Positions 40,620 through 54,122 of a stretch of DNA of 64,000 nucleotides are shown here, piece by piece (position 1 is the stretch's first letter; each line of letters starts with the position of its first letter). A model generated the notes under the pieces. It saw nothing but the letters and a program-made list of their open reading frames with translations. It was not told the origin of the DNA and made no database searches. A program made the position numbers and the translations under genes. The DNA comes from Eledone cirrhosa (Eukaryota), in assembly GCA_964016885.1 (NCBI GenBank), contig OZ024753.1, positions 19,406,001 through 19,470,000 on the forward strand, written 5' to 3'.

Positions 40620-43600
40620 TTATTTGCATTTATCTTGATTTATGTTCATACGAGTTATCACCAAGTCACAACCAGTGACCTCAAGAGACAACAAGGTCCG
40701 CCATGTTCAAGAAAGAACATACATATTCACACATGCATCTTTAGGTGTTTAGACTTGTGATGTACTTATATTGACAGGATCTTCCTTAGTATATGGGCAG
40801 TTCCCATTAGTACTATCTTTTGTATTTCTCCAATACGCGGGTTTCCTGGGATTTGCGATAAGTAGTCGTTAGACCCCTTAGGTATCATTCCCAGAGCGCC
40901 TACAACCACTGGTATTGTTTTAGTTCTCAATTTCCACATTTTTCCAATTTCTATCTCCAGGTCCTTATACTTGCTCAATTTTTCAAATGTTTTTATAGAT
41001 ACATTCTTGTCTATTGGAACAGACATATCAATTAGCAGGCATACCCTCCTTTGAAAGTCCTTCAATATTATATCAGGTCTATTTGCATCTATTGTTCGGT
41101 CTGTTTGGATGCTAAACTTCCACAAGATTGAGATGTGATCTTTTTCAAGTATGGGAGGTGGTTGATGCTCCCACCAATTCTTTTGATGGGGCAGGTCAAA
41201 ATGCTTACACATTATCCAATGTATGTATTGTGCCGCTCTGTCATGCCTGTTTAGGTATTCGGTTGGAGCTATAGGACTGCACATTGAAATTATATGGTCA
41301 ATGGTCTCTGGTTGTTTTTTGCATACACGGCATAATGGGCTGCACCCATTTTTTATTATGTTGGCTTGGTAATTTTTTGTTGGCAGACACTAATCTTGTG
41401 CCGATATAATCAGTCCTTCAGTCTCCGATTTCAGTCCAGAGGATGCCAACCACTGATGGGTTAAAGTTTTGTCAACATCAGGATTGTTAGCTCGCTCTGG
41501 GTATTTTCCATACAGAGGCTTTTCTTGCCATTTCTTAGCCAGTTTCTGTAGCAGTTCTTTCTTTGCAGTTACATTTACCTGCTTTGCTTTTTCTGTGTTT
41601 TCCATTTCAGCAGTAAATGGGACTTCTGAAATTTGTAGTCCATTACTGTATCTTTGTGCATCTTTTGTAATGGAATATGATCTTTTGGTGCTTTCGTGTT
41701 TCAAAACGAGTTTGATCATCCAATCATGTGATTCCCTTACATATGTGGATAATCCAATTGTTGCAGTTTTCAACGCAATGTCTAACTGGATTAACCCACG
41801 TCCTCCTTCTTTCCTAGGGAGATATATTCTATATATGTCTGCCTTAGGGTGATGAATTCTGTGCATGGTTAAGAATTTTCGGATTTTTGTATCGAGCCTA
41901 CGGATCTCTGTGCTTGACCAGTTGATGACATTGTAACTGTAGGTTACTACTGGTATGGCAAGCGTGTTTATGGCATCGATCCTATTCCTTGCATTCAATT
42001 CCGTTCTTAAGATTGCTCTGACTCTGCGGTAACATTCCTTCCTTATCCTTTCCCTCATTGTCGAGTGCTTGATTCCGTCTCCTTCACAAACACCTAGATA
42101 TTTGTAAGTTTTTTCTTGATCAAGATCTCTTATCACGTTCCCCCGATCAAGATTAATGTCTGAAATCTTCAGCAGCTTTCCTCTGGTGAACGTTGCTTTG
42201 GCGCATTTATCCAGTCCAAACTCCATTTTAATGTCATCACTGAACTGCTTCACAGTGGATAATAGCCCTTGCAATTGTTCATCATTTTTTGCAAATAGTT
42301 TCAGGTCATCCATGTAGAACAGGTGATTAATGGTTTTGTCATAGACTATATATCCATGTTTTGTTTCATTGAGCATTTTACTTAATGGTATAAGTGCGAT
42401 GCAAAATAAAAGCGGTGATAAAGAGTCACCCTGAAAAATTCCACAATTAATATTAACTTCTCCAGCTTCCAGTGATTTTGTTTCACTATTCAAAAGGAGT
42501 GTCGTTCTCCATGTCTTCATACTGAATGACAAAAACCTCCTGACAACGGGGGATATTTTGAAAATCTCTAAACATTTTTCAATCCAACTGTGTGGCAAAC
42601 TATCGAATGCTTTTTTATAATCTATCCAAGCAATCGATAGATTTTTGTGTCTATCATGACAATCTTCCAGTATCATTTTGTTAACCAGAAGCTGATCCTT
42701 ACAGCCATATGAGCCTCGTTTACACCCTTTCTGCTCAATGGGAAATAGGTCATTTGTTATCAGGTGGTCATATGTGTATTCAGTTAGGACTGATGTTAAA
42801 ATTTTATACATTGTGGTCAAGCAGGTTATCGGTCTGTAATTTTTGGGATTGTTTGTCTCATCATTCTTCGGTAGCAGGAATGTAATGCCGTTATCTAGTC
42901 ATGATGGTATCTTTTCTGGCTCCTTAACTATTTCATTGTAAAGTTGGGCTAACAGCTCATGAGATTCTGTGAAGGCATTTATCCAAAAGTTTTGTATTTT
43001 GTCTTTTCCTGGGGATTTCCATTTGCTGGTTTTTCTTAGAGCCAAGCGCAATTGTTCAACTGTTATATTTTCCCATGTTTGTTCTTCAAGGTGAGCTGTT
43101 TCTTTCATTTGTCTGTCTATCCATGGGGCATGTATGTTATGAACTTTTTCTTCGGCCCAGATCTTTTCCCAGAATTCTTGCACTTCCTCCTTGGGTGGTA
43201 TTGATTTAGCAGTTATTGTTGACTTACCAATTTTTCTGTAGAAGTTTCTTTGGTTGTTTTTGAACATATTATTGTCCTTATAGAATCTAGATCGTTTTTC
43301 AAAGCGCCTTATACGAGCAGCTTTGGCTGACACTTTTTGCTTGATTGTTTCTATCAGCATGTCTATGTCACATGTTGATCTTATACTGTACTTTTTTTTC
43401 AATTTTCTAAGTTTAGTTTGTTTAACATGTTCACCTACTTTATAGTTTGTTAAAATTTCTATGTCAGATCGGAGAAGGTTTATTTGGCGATTGATGTCAT
43501 CTTGCCAAGTAGATTTCTTGTGGGAATTCCTTTGTTTTTTCATCTTCACTCCACATAAGTGAGTGGTGACTTTAGCCGATGCATAATAGAGATGATTTAA

Positions 43601-44582
43601 GTCAGTAATGTTTAGTTTGTTTGTGATGATAATGTTTTAAAGAATTATGTTAGTCTTGTGTATTATCTTTTGGTTCTGTTTGGAGTTCTGGATCTTAGGG
43701 AGGGTGTCTCGTTGTCCCATGTCAGATTCTTTCATTTTCATCCATTCGATCATAATTTCATCCTTCAAGTTGGCAAGTTCATTCTCATTCATTTCTTTAT
43801 CATTTACGATCTCATTATTTTCATTTGGTGTTTCATCCTGAGCATGCACTCCCTCCACTTTTTCGCTCCTTTCTTTAATTTGTTCTGATGCCAGTGATTC
43901 CGCCCCAACCCTGGGATTCGAAGTGTTACAGTTTACCTCGTTTTCACTGACTCATGCTTCATTTTCCCTTCGCTGACTTTGTGCTACTAGCTTGATCTGA
44001 TCAATTTCTATATCAGTTAGTAACTTTTTTCTTACAATATTTCTTCGTATATTGCCTAGTTTGTTACTGTCAATATAGCCTCTGTTTTCGGGATGTTTCT
44101 TTTTCCAGTTGATATATGTTTGTTCTGTATTCGATGTATTTGATGGGTAGTACATGGCAGTGTAGAAAGCCTCAAGGACTTCTTTATTATCTTCCCTTGT
44201 CCATTTTTCTCTCTTTTTCTTTGGATTTCTTGGTGGTGAGAACGGAGGGCCAACAGTAGGAGTATTCCGGTTATGGGAGGTCTCCAGCTCCGAAGTGATG
44301 GGAAGGTTTGAACCATTAGCTGATTTTTCGACCCCAGTCTGGTTCCTCTCTGAGAGACGCGGCCCTTTTTTACCCGGGTGACGGCCGATCCGGTATGAGA
44401 TTTTATCATTAGACATTTACTTTATTTTGTCGCGTTTTATCCTTATCCGCCAAGGGGTAATCATTTCGTGTTACCACTTCTAGAACGAGTGTCAACCAAG
44501 ACTAGAGGGGTCGTTCTCCCCTAGAGACATGGCTATTCCCCGCCGGCCGCAATCCCGGTATTTCTTGGTCACGGGGTTTTCT
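40620..44582 (-). mobile_element. Near full-length R4/Dong-clade non-LTR retrotransposon (RT plus CCHC plus restriction-like endonuclease)
   Basis: All five ORF pieces (44416 to 40766) share one frame; NYRPITCL, WIDYKKAFDS, GIFQGDSLSP, YMDD, YKYLG; CRVC-H-C, RHD, NRPDI...LID, KLSKY; (TAA)n tail. Confidence 0.95.
40766..44416 (-). pseudogene. R4/Dong polyprotein ORF, 1216 codons with four premature stops
   Basis: In-frame stops at 43952, 43637, 42899 and 41390; the intervening segments are open, with no frameshift. Confidence 0.9.
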
Positions 44583-45542
44583 TTTTGTTGTTGTTTTTTT
44601 AAATTGTTATTATCATGAGTGGTTCCTTAATGTGAGCATTGCGTGGCTTAAGAATGAAATTATTAATAATTGTCTCCACTCCAGGCACAAGGCCAGCAAT
44701 CACCCAGTGCATTACAATAATATAATATACTTTTTGTTGTAGTTGGCTGTTATTGTTGTTGGCTATGTCAGTGGTGGTGCCGGGGCGTTGTATATTGTTG
44801 ATGAGGAAGGGGTGAGCCAGCAGTCCCATAATTGTTGATGTAGACGTTTGGCCGGTGGCAAGGTCACCAAGTCAATCTATTTATATCTTTTGCTAGCCTC
44901 TCTCTTGTCTAGTGATAGTGATACCGCCACCTTCCCTTTTCTATCTCAAGTTAACAGGGGATAGTGTCAGTAGCATTGAATGAGTGGTGGCGGCGATGAT
45001 GGATGCGGTGGGATGGTGGCAGCGGTGGTGTTGTGGTTATTGATATAGTATCTATGAGTTTGTGTTCGTATGTTTAATATATATTTTTATTATATTTTGT
45101 GTTGACATATTCCCGTAAAATTTGAATTAAACATTTTTTTAAAATTTGAGACAATAATAATAGTAATTATTATTATGATGCTGGTGAAATTGCCGTTATC
45201 TGGCTGTTATATTTAGTGTGATGGGATAGGTAGTGTATCAAGTTTCTGGTGTTGGTGAAATTGAAATTGCTGCTATTTGGCTGGTCTATATAGTGTAGAC
45301 AGAGGGTGTTTTGTTCCATTTATAACCATTTTCTTTTTTTGAATACAAAATATATAATACAAAATTGAATATTTGAGCGATACAACAATATAATATGGAT
45401 CCGAAACTTTATGGGACCTCATTCGGTGCATTTATGCAACATTTGTGCTAAGAATTGTTCTTTCACAATTGATTTAAATATGTTAAAAATCAAAAACTTA
45501 CGGGAGCAATTTCGTGACGTTCTACCACCTCGTGCGTCTTCA

Positions 45543-45552
45543 TTATTATTTA

Positions 45553-45589
<37 letters not shown>

Positions 45590-45755
45590 CTTCTTACGCC
45601 CCATATTCCTTGGAGTGCGTGCCGTAAGAGTCCTCAAGCACACCTTCCAGCGGGTCCTGTGAGGAACAACTGCCTCTAAGCTGATCTGATTGGATCTCCC
45701 AGCGAAACCAGCCAAGATTCTCGATGTTATCCAATGACGTTGTTCGGGGAGTGTT
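45543..45755 (-). mobile_element. Short LINE 3' end (RTE-like C-terminus) with (AAT)n tail
   Basis: PRTTSLDNI...HRTRWK remnant running into (AAT)n. Confidence 0.5.
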
Positions 45756-46003
45756 ATGTCCTATATACATATAAGTGTGGGTGGACAGGTTAAGGGTGTT
45801 AAAGTTTATTTATTTTCTACTTTTCTGTCTTAAGTGTCGATGTGATATTAATGTGATCAAAACACTTCATTTGACTTTGTTCCAGTAGACTCAGAAAACC
45901 ATAGTCAGACCCTCGTATCATTAAAAGTTTGAAGATTGTTCAAGGTATTTGTTTAAATATTTTATACCAGCTGACCAGCTGAGGCCCAAAGAGAGGGTAG
46001 GAT

Positions 46004-46062
<59 letters not shown>

Positions 46063-46176
46063 GTTTGAATATGTATAATAAAGCCAAAACAATGCAGGTA
46101 TGGACATAGAAAAAAGAATGCAAATGCAGAAGATATTGTTGACAAATCGTCTTTTACCTTAGATTTATTTAAATGT

Positions 46177-46211
46177 CCTTAATTTTCGAGATAATATCTC
46201 TTCTTCAGAGG
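46177..46211 (-). ncRNA. Minimal type-I hammerhead ribozyme
   Basis: CCU-CUGAAGA-A-GAGAU(AUU)AUCUC-GAAA-AU-UA-AGG; palindromic AAUU stem III. Confidence 0.72.
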
Positions 46212-46421
46212 GAAATAAAGGTCTCAAACCAGCCTTCTAAATATCTTGCCAAGCCATGCTGACAGGAAATAGTATAGAGTATCTGTTCTATCTCTAACGT
46301 CAAAGAGTTAAAATTAGATGGATAACTCTTTGACATTAGAGATAGAACAGATACTCTATACTATTTCCTGTCAGCATGGCTTGGCAATATATTTAGAAGG
46401 CTGGTTTGAGACCTTTATTTC

Positions 46422-46456
46422 CCCCTGAAGAAGAGATATTATCTCGAAAATTAAGG
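46422..46456 (+). ncRNA. Minimal type-I hammerhead ribozyme (mirror copy)
   Basis: CCC-CUGAAGA-A-GAGAU(AUU)AUCUC-GAAA-AU-UA-AGG. Confidence 0.68.
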
Positions 46457-46614
46457 ACATTTAAATAAATCTAAGGTAAAAGAAGATTTATCAAGAATAT
46501 CTTTTGCAATTGCATTATTTTTCTATGCCCATACCTGCATTGTTTTTTGCTTTATTAACATATTCAAACGTTTATACCTCATTACTCAATGCTTCAAGTG
46601 AACTATAACCTCCT

Positions 46615-46682
<68 letters not shown>

Positions 46683-46711
46683 TTATATATGTGTGTGTGT
46701 ATATATATATA

Positions 46712-46769
<58 letters not shown>

Positions 46770-46772
<3 letters not shown>

Positions 46773-47208
46773 GTGGAACAACACTGGAAGGTAATATTCG
46801 TAGTGGTAGAGTATTCAGTCCAAGGGATGAGTTAGGTAGAAGTGGTTACACAACAGTTAGTTCAACCATACCGAGAACAATTGTTTCACCTTCGCGGATC
46901 ATCAGCTCGGGATGTGTATGGTTGTAGGAACAGGAAGGACAACCGTACGAACGCGCATGCGCAGAAACTCGGTAATTTCACACAGGCAACACTAGACTGC
47001 GTGCGGGAGGTCTAAGGGAGATAAGTGCGAAAGTCCGGAAAGTTTTTAGGTTGAAAATAAAATAAAAAAATTAAAAATAAAATTACAAAGCATCAGTCCG
47101 GAGCCTTATAGTTATGTAATAGATGTTTGTTGACGTGTGGACAACGTGTGAAAAATTCACTTCTCGTGTTTAAGCAATCACTATTGCGTAATCTCTTTAG
47201 GATAGTTT
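46770..47208 (-). mobile_element. PLE 3' end: endonuclease C-terminus plus 3' UTR, between (TA)n tracts
   Basis: CLNTRSEFFTRCPHVNKHLL resembles the PLE C-terminal LN.RSE...C.H.NK.LL motif; UTR homologous to 5550-5680. Confidence 0.75.
46871..46910 (-). ncRNA. Minimal type-I hammerhead ribozyme
   Basis: CCGAG-CUGAUGA-U-CC(GCGAA)GG-U-GAAAC-AAUU-GUU-CUCGG: perfect 5-bp stem I, palindromic ACAAUUGU stem III. Confidence 0.82.
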
Positions 47209-47369
47209 TATATATATATATATATATGCAGAGGTTATATTTAATTTGTTGGGAATCGACAAGCTTAAAAATGTTATAACTGATATAAAGCACTCAACAC
47301 CGAATTTCAACCGTTAAGGTTGTCTTTTTTCCGGGTATGTCAATATTTATTTATAAAACAAATCTATAG

Positions 47370-47428
47370 TTTATCTGATGAAAGCGCACCATAATTTCCC
47401 TTGGTTGCACTTGAAATATATAGAATAA
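47370..47428 (+). ncRNA. Hammerhead-like motif, homologue of 9026-9082
   Basis: CUGAUGA-AAG-C-GCACCA-loop-UGGUUGC-A-CUU-GAAA-UAUAUA; stem II sequence differs but still pairs. Confidence 0.6.
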
Positions 47429-47651
47429 AATAATTATGGTTTTATCAATATAGTTTCCATTTATTAAAATATTGTATATATATATATGTATTTATTAAAA
47501 TAACAGATTAAAGTTTAAGCAAAGTATCGCTGCAATTTTTTGCTTAAACTTTAATCTGTTATTTTAATAAATATTTGCTCTACGGTTCTTATATATTTGA
47601 TATATATTTATCCTTATCAAGTAAGTATGTTTTGAAACAGTGAGCAGGTTT

Positions 47652-47878
47652 TGAAATTAGAAAACATATAGCTTTCACCGTATGTTTGACTAAAGGAATT
47701 TTAGCCTGATAATGGGGTTTAGAACCCTCAGATAAATGTAAAAAGATGAGCATTGACGTACATGGGAGTCGAACCCACATCTCTCTATATATATATACAT
47801 TTATCTGAGGATTCTAAACCCCATTATCAGGCTAAAATTCCTTTAGTCAAAAATACGGTGAAAGCTATATATTTTCTA

Positions 47879-47883
<5 letters not shown>
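47652..47883. repeat. Inverted repeat, about 88 bp arms (47652-47739 and 47796-47883)
   Basis: Reverse-complementary arms; the right arm lies between TA tracts. Confidence 0.88.
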
Positions 47884-47977
<94 letters not shown>

Positions 47978-49224
47978 TGTTGTATCATTCAGTTTCCGTT
48001 ATTGTAATCAATCCATGTGATTATGTAACAAGAATGAGAAGCCACTTATTGTAGTGTAAATGATGGAATTATTTAATTTTTTTGGTAGTTCCACTGGAGG
48101 TTCCACAACAATTTACCGAGTATGTAAAATACATATAATTATTATTTAAGACATCACAATGCAGAAGAATTAAAATATAAAGTTATGGGTTGAAAAAGTT
48201 ATGTTTATATGTTGTGTTGTGGGTGGGTGTGTGTGTGGATGTGAGTATGTGCGTACATACGCACACACACATCACATATATAAGAGATGTCAATATGAAT
48301 GGACCTGTCATTTATATCTAAAGACATATTTTCGTATTCCACCCCACCCGTCCCCTCAATCTATCTTATTTCTCATTATTTCTTTTGATGAAGGACTGGC
48401 GTCGGAAACGTTAAGGCCCTCTTCCTGCTATATCAAGCGTTAACCTAATATATCGCTTCCATATACTGTACCAATTGTGTTGTTATTTCTGTTTACCTTT
48501 TGCACACACACACACACACGTGTGTGTGTGTGTGTGTGTGTGTCGATGTATACATAATAAGATATAAAAGCCCCACAAATGTATTAATGATACAACGTAC
48601 GTTATCTATATTGGAGAATAAGTTACAGTGATTACATTATCAATTTCATTCATTTACAGATAATATCGAGTTATCTCCTGCTGATTTCCTTCACACATTT
48701 ACAATAAAATTAATTGAACCTGAAATCTCTATTAATTGCAAGGAAATTATTACACCTATTCAACTACGACGAATCTTTAGCTATCATTACAAATGTTATT
48801 TATAATGAACTGAGGACTCTACTTCTTGGCGTGGAATATTACAATGGAAGTTTCATAATTGTCAGCTGGAAGTACATCAAAGGATATAGTGATGCTATAA
48901 TCGTATATAAAGTATAATTGTTTACTGAGTATGTATAGCGATATGGTATGGTTATATAAACAGTTCCAGACAACCGTAAATTAATTAAATCTTTACTTTA
49001 CGATATTCATTACACATTCTGTATTTCATGAACCCAGCCGTTGGACTTCACTTAGAGATGAAATTGAAGTTGGTAAACACAACACAACTTGGATTGCGGT
49101 TACTAATTATTTCCCAGCATTAGATATACCCTAACGATACCTATTTCCATGGGTCTACATGTATATATGCATCTACAACGCCCCCACCCCACCCCCTGCA
49201 CATACACACACATTCTTAAGATAC

Positions 49225-49380
49225 AGAGGTTGTTTTTTTACATTAATTTATTCATATGTCCTGATATTTCGAGATTAATACATCTTCTTCCGACGAAAAT
49301 AAAGAACCTATTTCAAAGAGATGTTAATCTCGAATTATCAGGACATAGGAATAAATTAAGGTAAAACAAACAAGCCCTGT
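49225..49380. repeat. Diverged palindrome with hammerhead-like remnant
   Basis: ATGTCCTGATATTTCGAGATTAA vs TTAATCTCGAATTATCAGGACAT; minus strand reads GGAAGA-AGAU...AUCU-CGAAAUAUC-AGG. Confidence 0.6.
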
Positions 49381-49481
49381 TTCTTACGATTTAATTATTC
49401 TCCATCCAAACACACATTGTTGCGGCTTTCAAACTTCGAACCCTTTATACAATATACAATGCTTCAAGTAAACTACAAGTG

Positions 49482-49576
<95 letters not shown>

Positions 49577-49794
49577 TCTCTTTGTATATATATACATATG
49601 AGTGTATCCAACTATTTTCAGCTTTGTTTGTTTCTTTATTGGCTAAATGAAGGAATTGATAGAAATCAATTATTCAGTCAGAGTATAATGTAATTGTATG
49701 TGGGGAAAGTATAACAGACAAAATAAACGTTTACCAATTTACTACGATGTCCTGACTGCAGTTTCGCTGTGTAATTGCTCTTGTGAATATATAT

Positions 49795-49900
49795 ATGGCT
49801 GAGTGGTTAGGTAATTAGATTCTCAATCTTGAGGTTTTGAGTTCGATTCCCGGACAAAGCAATGTATTATGTCCTTGGGCAAGACACTTTATTTCAGGTT
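49795..49900 (+). mobile_element. tRNA-derived SINE head (family 2)
   Basis: A-box TGGCTGAGTGG, B-box GAGTTCGATTCCC, then GTCCTTGGGCAAGACACTT. Confidence 0.7.
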
Positions 49901-50535
49901 GCTTCTTTTACCAGGAGTTGCGACCGATAGAGTGTATTAACAATTGGAAAGACCAGTGGAAACATTATCTCCTCGGTCCGATTTGACGAAAGTCGATTTT
50001 CTGTGTATATATATATTTATATACACAGAATTATCCACAGTTAGAAATCAATGCAGGAAGAAATCAATGTAATCCATATGTTGATAATGTTGTAGGTTAA
50101 AATATGACAACAGCTGATGATATACAAGTAGGTAAATATTCTGCTTATCTGATATGTTGTAACTAACTTTACATAGATCGATAACGAAATATGCGTACGA
50201 TGTATTATTATCACCTAGAAACGATCGTAAAGCAGTGAAGTATTTTCTTAGTGACTTGAATTTTTATTTCATTGTTTTAAATTATATATATATATATATA
50301 TATATAACAAAGTGTCGTAGCCTGCTTGAAGCATTATTGAATCCTCTATTACTCTCACTGGGATACTCCCTTGATAATGAGTTTTTAAACCCGAAAATAT
50401 TTGGGATTATTAAGTTTGCTAAGGTATAATTCTATTGTTATCATGGCAACTTTAATTTTCTAGTGCATTGTACGGGTGAAAGCAGCGATTCTTTGGTTAA
50501 AATGTAATATGTTATTTTAATAAATATTTGCTCTA

Positions 50536-50579
<44 letters not shown>

Positions 50580-50679
50580 TAAAATAACAGATTAAAGTTT
50601 AAGCAAAGAATCGCTGCTTTCACCCTTAACGAGCCCTCTTTGGATTTTAGTCTTCAAATTTATTATTACTATATATATA

Positions 50680-51606
50680 TATATTGGTAAACGGAATAGA
50701 AAATGCTGACAAATTGTTCACAGTTGAAAAATGGTTTAATTAGGAATAAAAGAGTATTAGTGATTGTATGGGTTAATATTCAGTTGTGGTTTTAAGTTTT
50801 TAAGTTTTTACCGGTTGCGCATTTCTAAATGCTTTTCAAAAATAATTTTGAGATAGAGTGTCCGTGTTGTTTGCTCTGATCTGATTAGTTTTGGGAATTC
50901 TACCTGTTTTTATGTTAAAAAAAGTGGTTCCAGCGTTACTTTGGCGTTGCAAAAATTCTTGTGGTCAAAACAATTTTGATTCTACGAACACACGATATCA
51001 TAAAGAGCAAAAGACAATCCAAGTCAATGAAAAACATCCTAACACATGCCAAAGTACTGCCAACCACAACAACGAAACCCACAGTAAAAAAATGCGATAG
51101 ACCCAACTGTGGCATTTGCATCAACCTAATAGAGGGTTCGGAATTCTATTTCAAAGATGGACGTTTTATAGTAAAACACAATTTCACATGTGCATCGGAA
51201 AATCTAATATATGTATTAACTTGCTCAGGTTGTCGAGAACAATACATAGGCCAGACCCAAAACAGCCTCCGCCAACACATGACTGTCCATAGATCCCAAA
51301 TTAAAATACGGGAATACAGGAAGATACCACTGAGTGAACACATTGATACCTGTGCCGCCCCAAATCATCCCAACTTCAGAATCTTTCCCCTCTACAAATT
51401 TAAAGATAATGCCACCCACACCCAGCGCATCAGCAAGGAATCTTACTTCATTAACAAATACGGACCCCGTTTAAACACTTCTCCCTAAGACGAACCCACA
51501 ACATACACACGTTAACATACATACCTACATCAGCACACATCTCCACCCACATATAAACACAATGACATACGTAAACACACATGTTCTATGGTGCAACACA
51601 GAAAAA

Positions 51607-51638
<32 letters not shown>

Positions 51639-52480
51639 GTGAATATATGTATGTGTATATATATGTAGTGAATATCATTTCACACCTTTTATTGTTAAGA
51701 TTTTTGATGTTCTATTAAGAGAACCGATTTTACTGAAAAAATCGAATAATGTACACCATTTTACCAGGGGGAAAAAATACTGGTCCACCCGCACACACAC
51801 ACACACATATATACACACACACATACACACGCGTACATTAACATACAAAGAGACTTATACACACACACACACACACACTTATTAATAGCCATTTGACACA
51901 CATCCCTGCTAACCATTATCACAACATCGAACACCTTACTACTACTATTACTACTACACACACACACACACACACACATATTTGTTGTGAAATAGTCATT
52001 TCTCAATCTTGGCGCAAAACCAATTTTTTATTCACATGACCTCTACCGACCAATCAAAATTGTTTTGTCCACAAGAATGTTTGCAAACACCAAATAGCGC
52101 TGGAGCCACTTTTTTAACATAAACACAGTCTTGCCGCAAAATCAATTTTTTACATTCACATGACCTCTACCGACCAATCAAAATTGTTTTGACCACAAGA
52201 ATTTTTGCAACACCAAAGTAACGCTGGAGCCACTTTTTTAACATAAAAAACAGGTAGAATTCCCAAAACTAATCAGATCAGAGCAAACAACACGGACACT
52301 CTATCTCAAAATTATTTTTGAAAAGCATTTAGAAATGCGCAACCGGTAAAAACTTTAAAAACTTAAAACCACAACTGAATACTAACCCATACAATCACTA
52401 ATACTCTTTTATTCCTAATTAAACCATTTTTCAACTGTGAACAACTTGTCAGCATTTTCTATTCCGTTTACCAATATATA
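50680..52480 (+). mobile_element. 5'-truncated PLE (GIY-YIG plus 3' UTR) bracketed by about 300-bp inverted repeats
   Basis: 50680-50981 is the reverse complement of about 52177-52480; extra partial tandem copy at 52008-52130; (TA)n on both sides. Confidence 0.88.
51010..51488 (+). pseudogene. PLE GIY-YIG endonuclease domain (open frame, no RT)
   Basis: KCDRPNCGIC linker, CASENLIYVLTCSGCREQYIGQT...LRQHM..H...H...KE..FI....P.LN. Confidence 0.88.
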
Positions 52481-52509
52481 ATAACTTGTGTGTTACCCCT
52501 CTATTCTTT

Positions 52510-52687
<178 letters not shown>

Positions 52688-52739
52688 CACGCATATATAT
52701 ATATATATATATATATGTGTATATATATATATATATATA

Positions 52740-52897
<158 letters not shown>

Positions 52898-52945
52898 CAC
52901 GCATATATATATATATATATATATGTGTATATATATATATATATA

Positions 52946-53058
<113 letters not shown>

Positions 53059-53101
53059 GTATATATATATAAATATATATATACGTATACATATATATAT
53101 A

Positions 53102-53472
53102 TAAGGATTAAAATACTGGAGCGTGTTGGAGTTAAACACCCTCTTCGTATTATAGAAATGACAGTAACAGGTATAGCTCAATGTAATTAAACAGGGCCGA
53201 AGAATTGCTTTGGACTATATTTGTAATATGGTTCTAAATGTTATACACCTCCTTAGTGATTTTTATTATATATTTTTTTATTATATATTTTTACATAATC
53301 TTGCAATACTTTAGTGTATGTACACTCCATATTCTTCGGAGTTTTCGGCTTGTATTGGCCGATAATACCTCTTGTTGTTTTAATTGCCCTGATGAGTCCT
53401 TAATAGGACGAAACATTGTTGGCTAATAAGGACTTTTGATGTATTGAAGGCTTCTTTGTTTTACTTTCATGA

Positions 53473-53478
<6 letters not shown>
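53102..53478 (+). mobile_element. Hammerhead-bearing element with its terminal 100 bp inverted and placed at the 5' side
   Basis: 53210-53467 matches 61466-61725; 53102-53200 is the reverse complement of 61735-61833. Confidence 0.8.
53383..53427 (+). ncRNA. Minimal type-I hammerhead ribozyme (GUU triplet)
   Basis: GCC-CUGAUGA-GUCCU(UAAU)AGGAC-GAAAC-AUU-GUU-GGC. Confidence 0.85.
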
Positions 53479-53514
<36 letters not shown>

Positions 53515-53533
53515 GTATATATATATATATATG

Positions 53534-54122
<589 letters not shown>

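Larger units (their letters stand above)
46058..46617. mobile_element. Palindromic element (about 250 bp arms) between (TA)n tracts with an intact hammerhead core on each arm
   Basis: 46058-46309 is the reverse complement of about 46323-46576; same family as 3855-4275. Confidence 0.9.

Noticed and set aside
49795-49855. tRNA gene
   Set aside because: A and B boxes are present, but there is no complete cloverleaf and it continues into a SINE body; the same applies to family 1 SINE heads.
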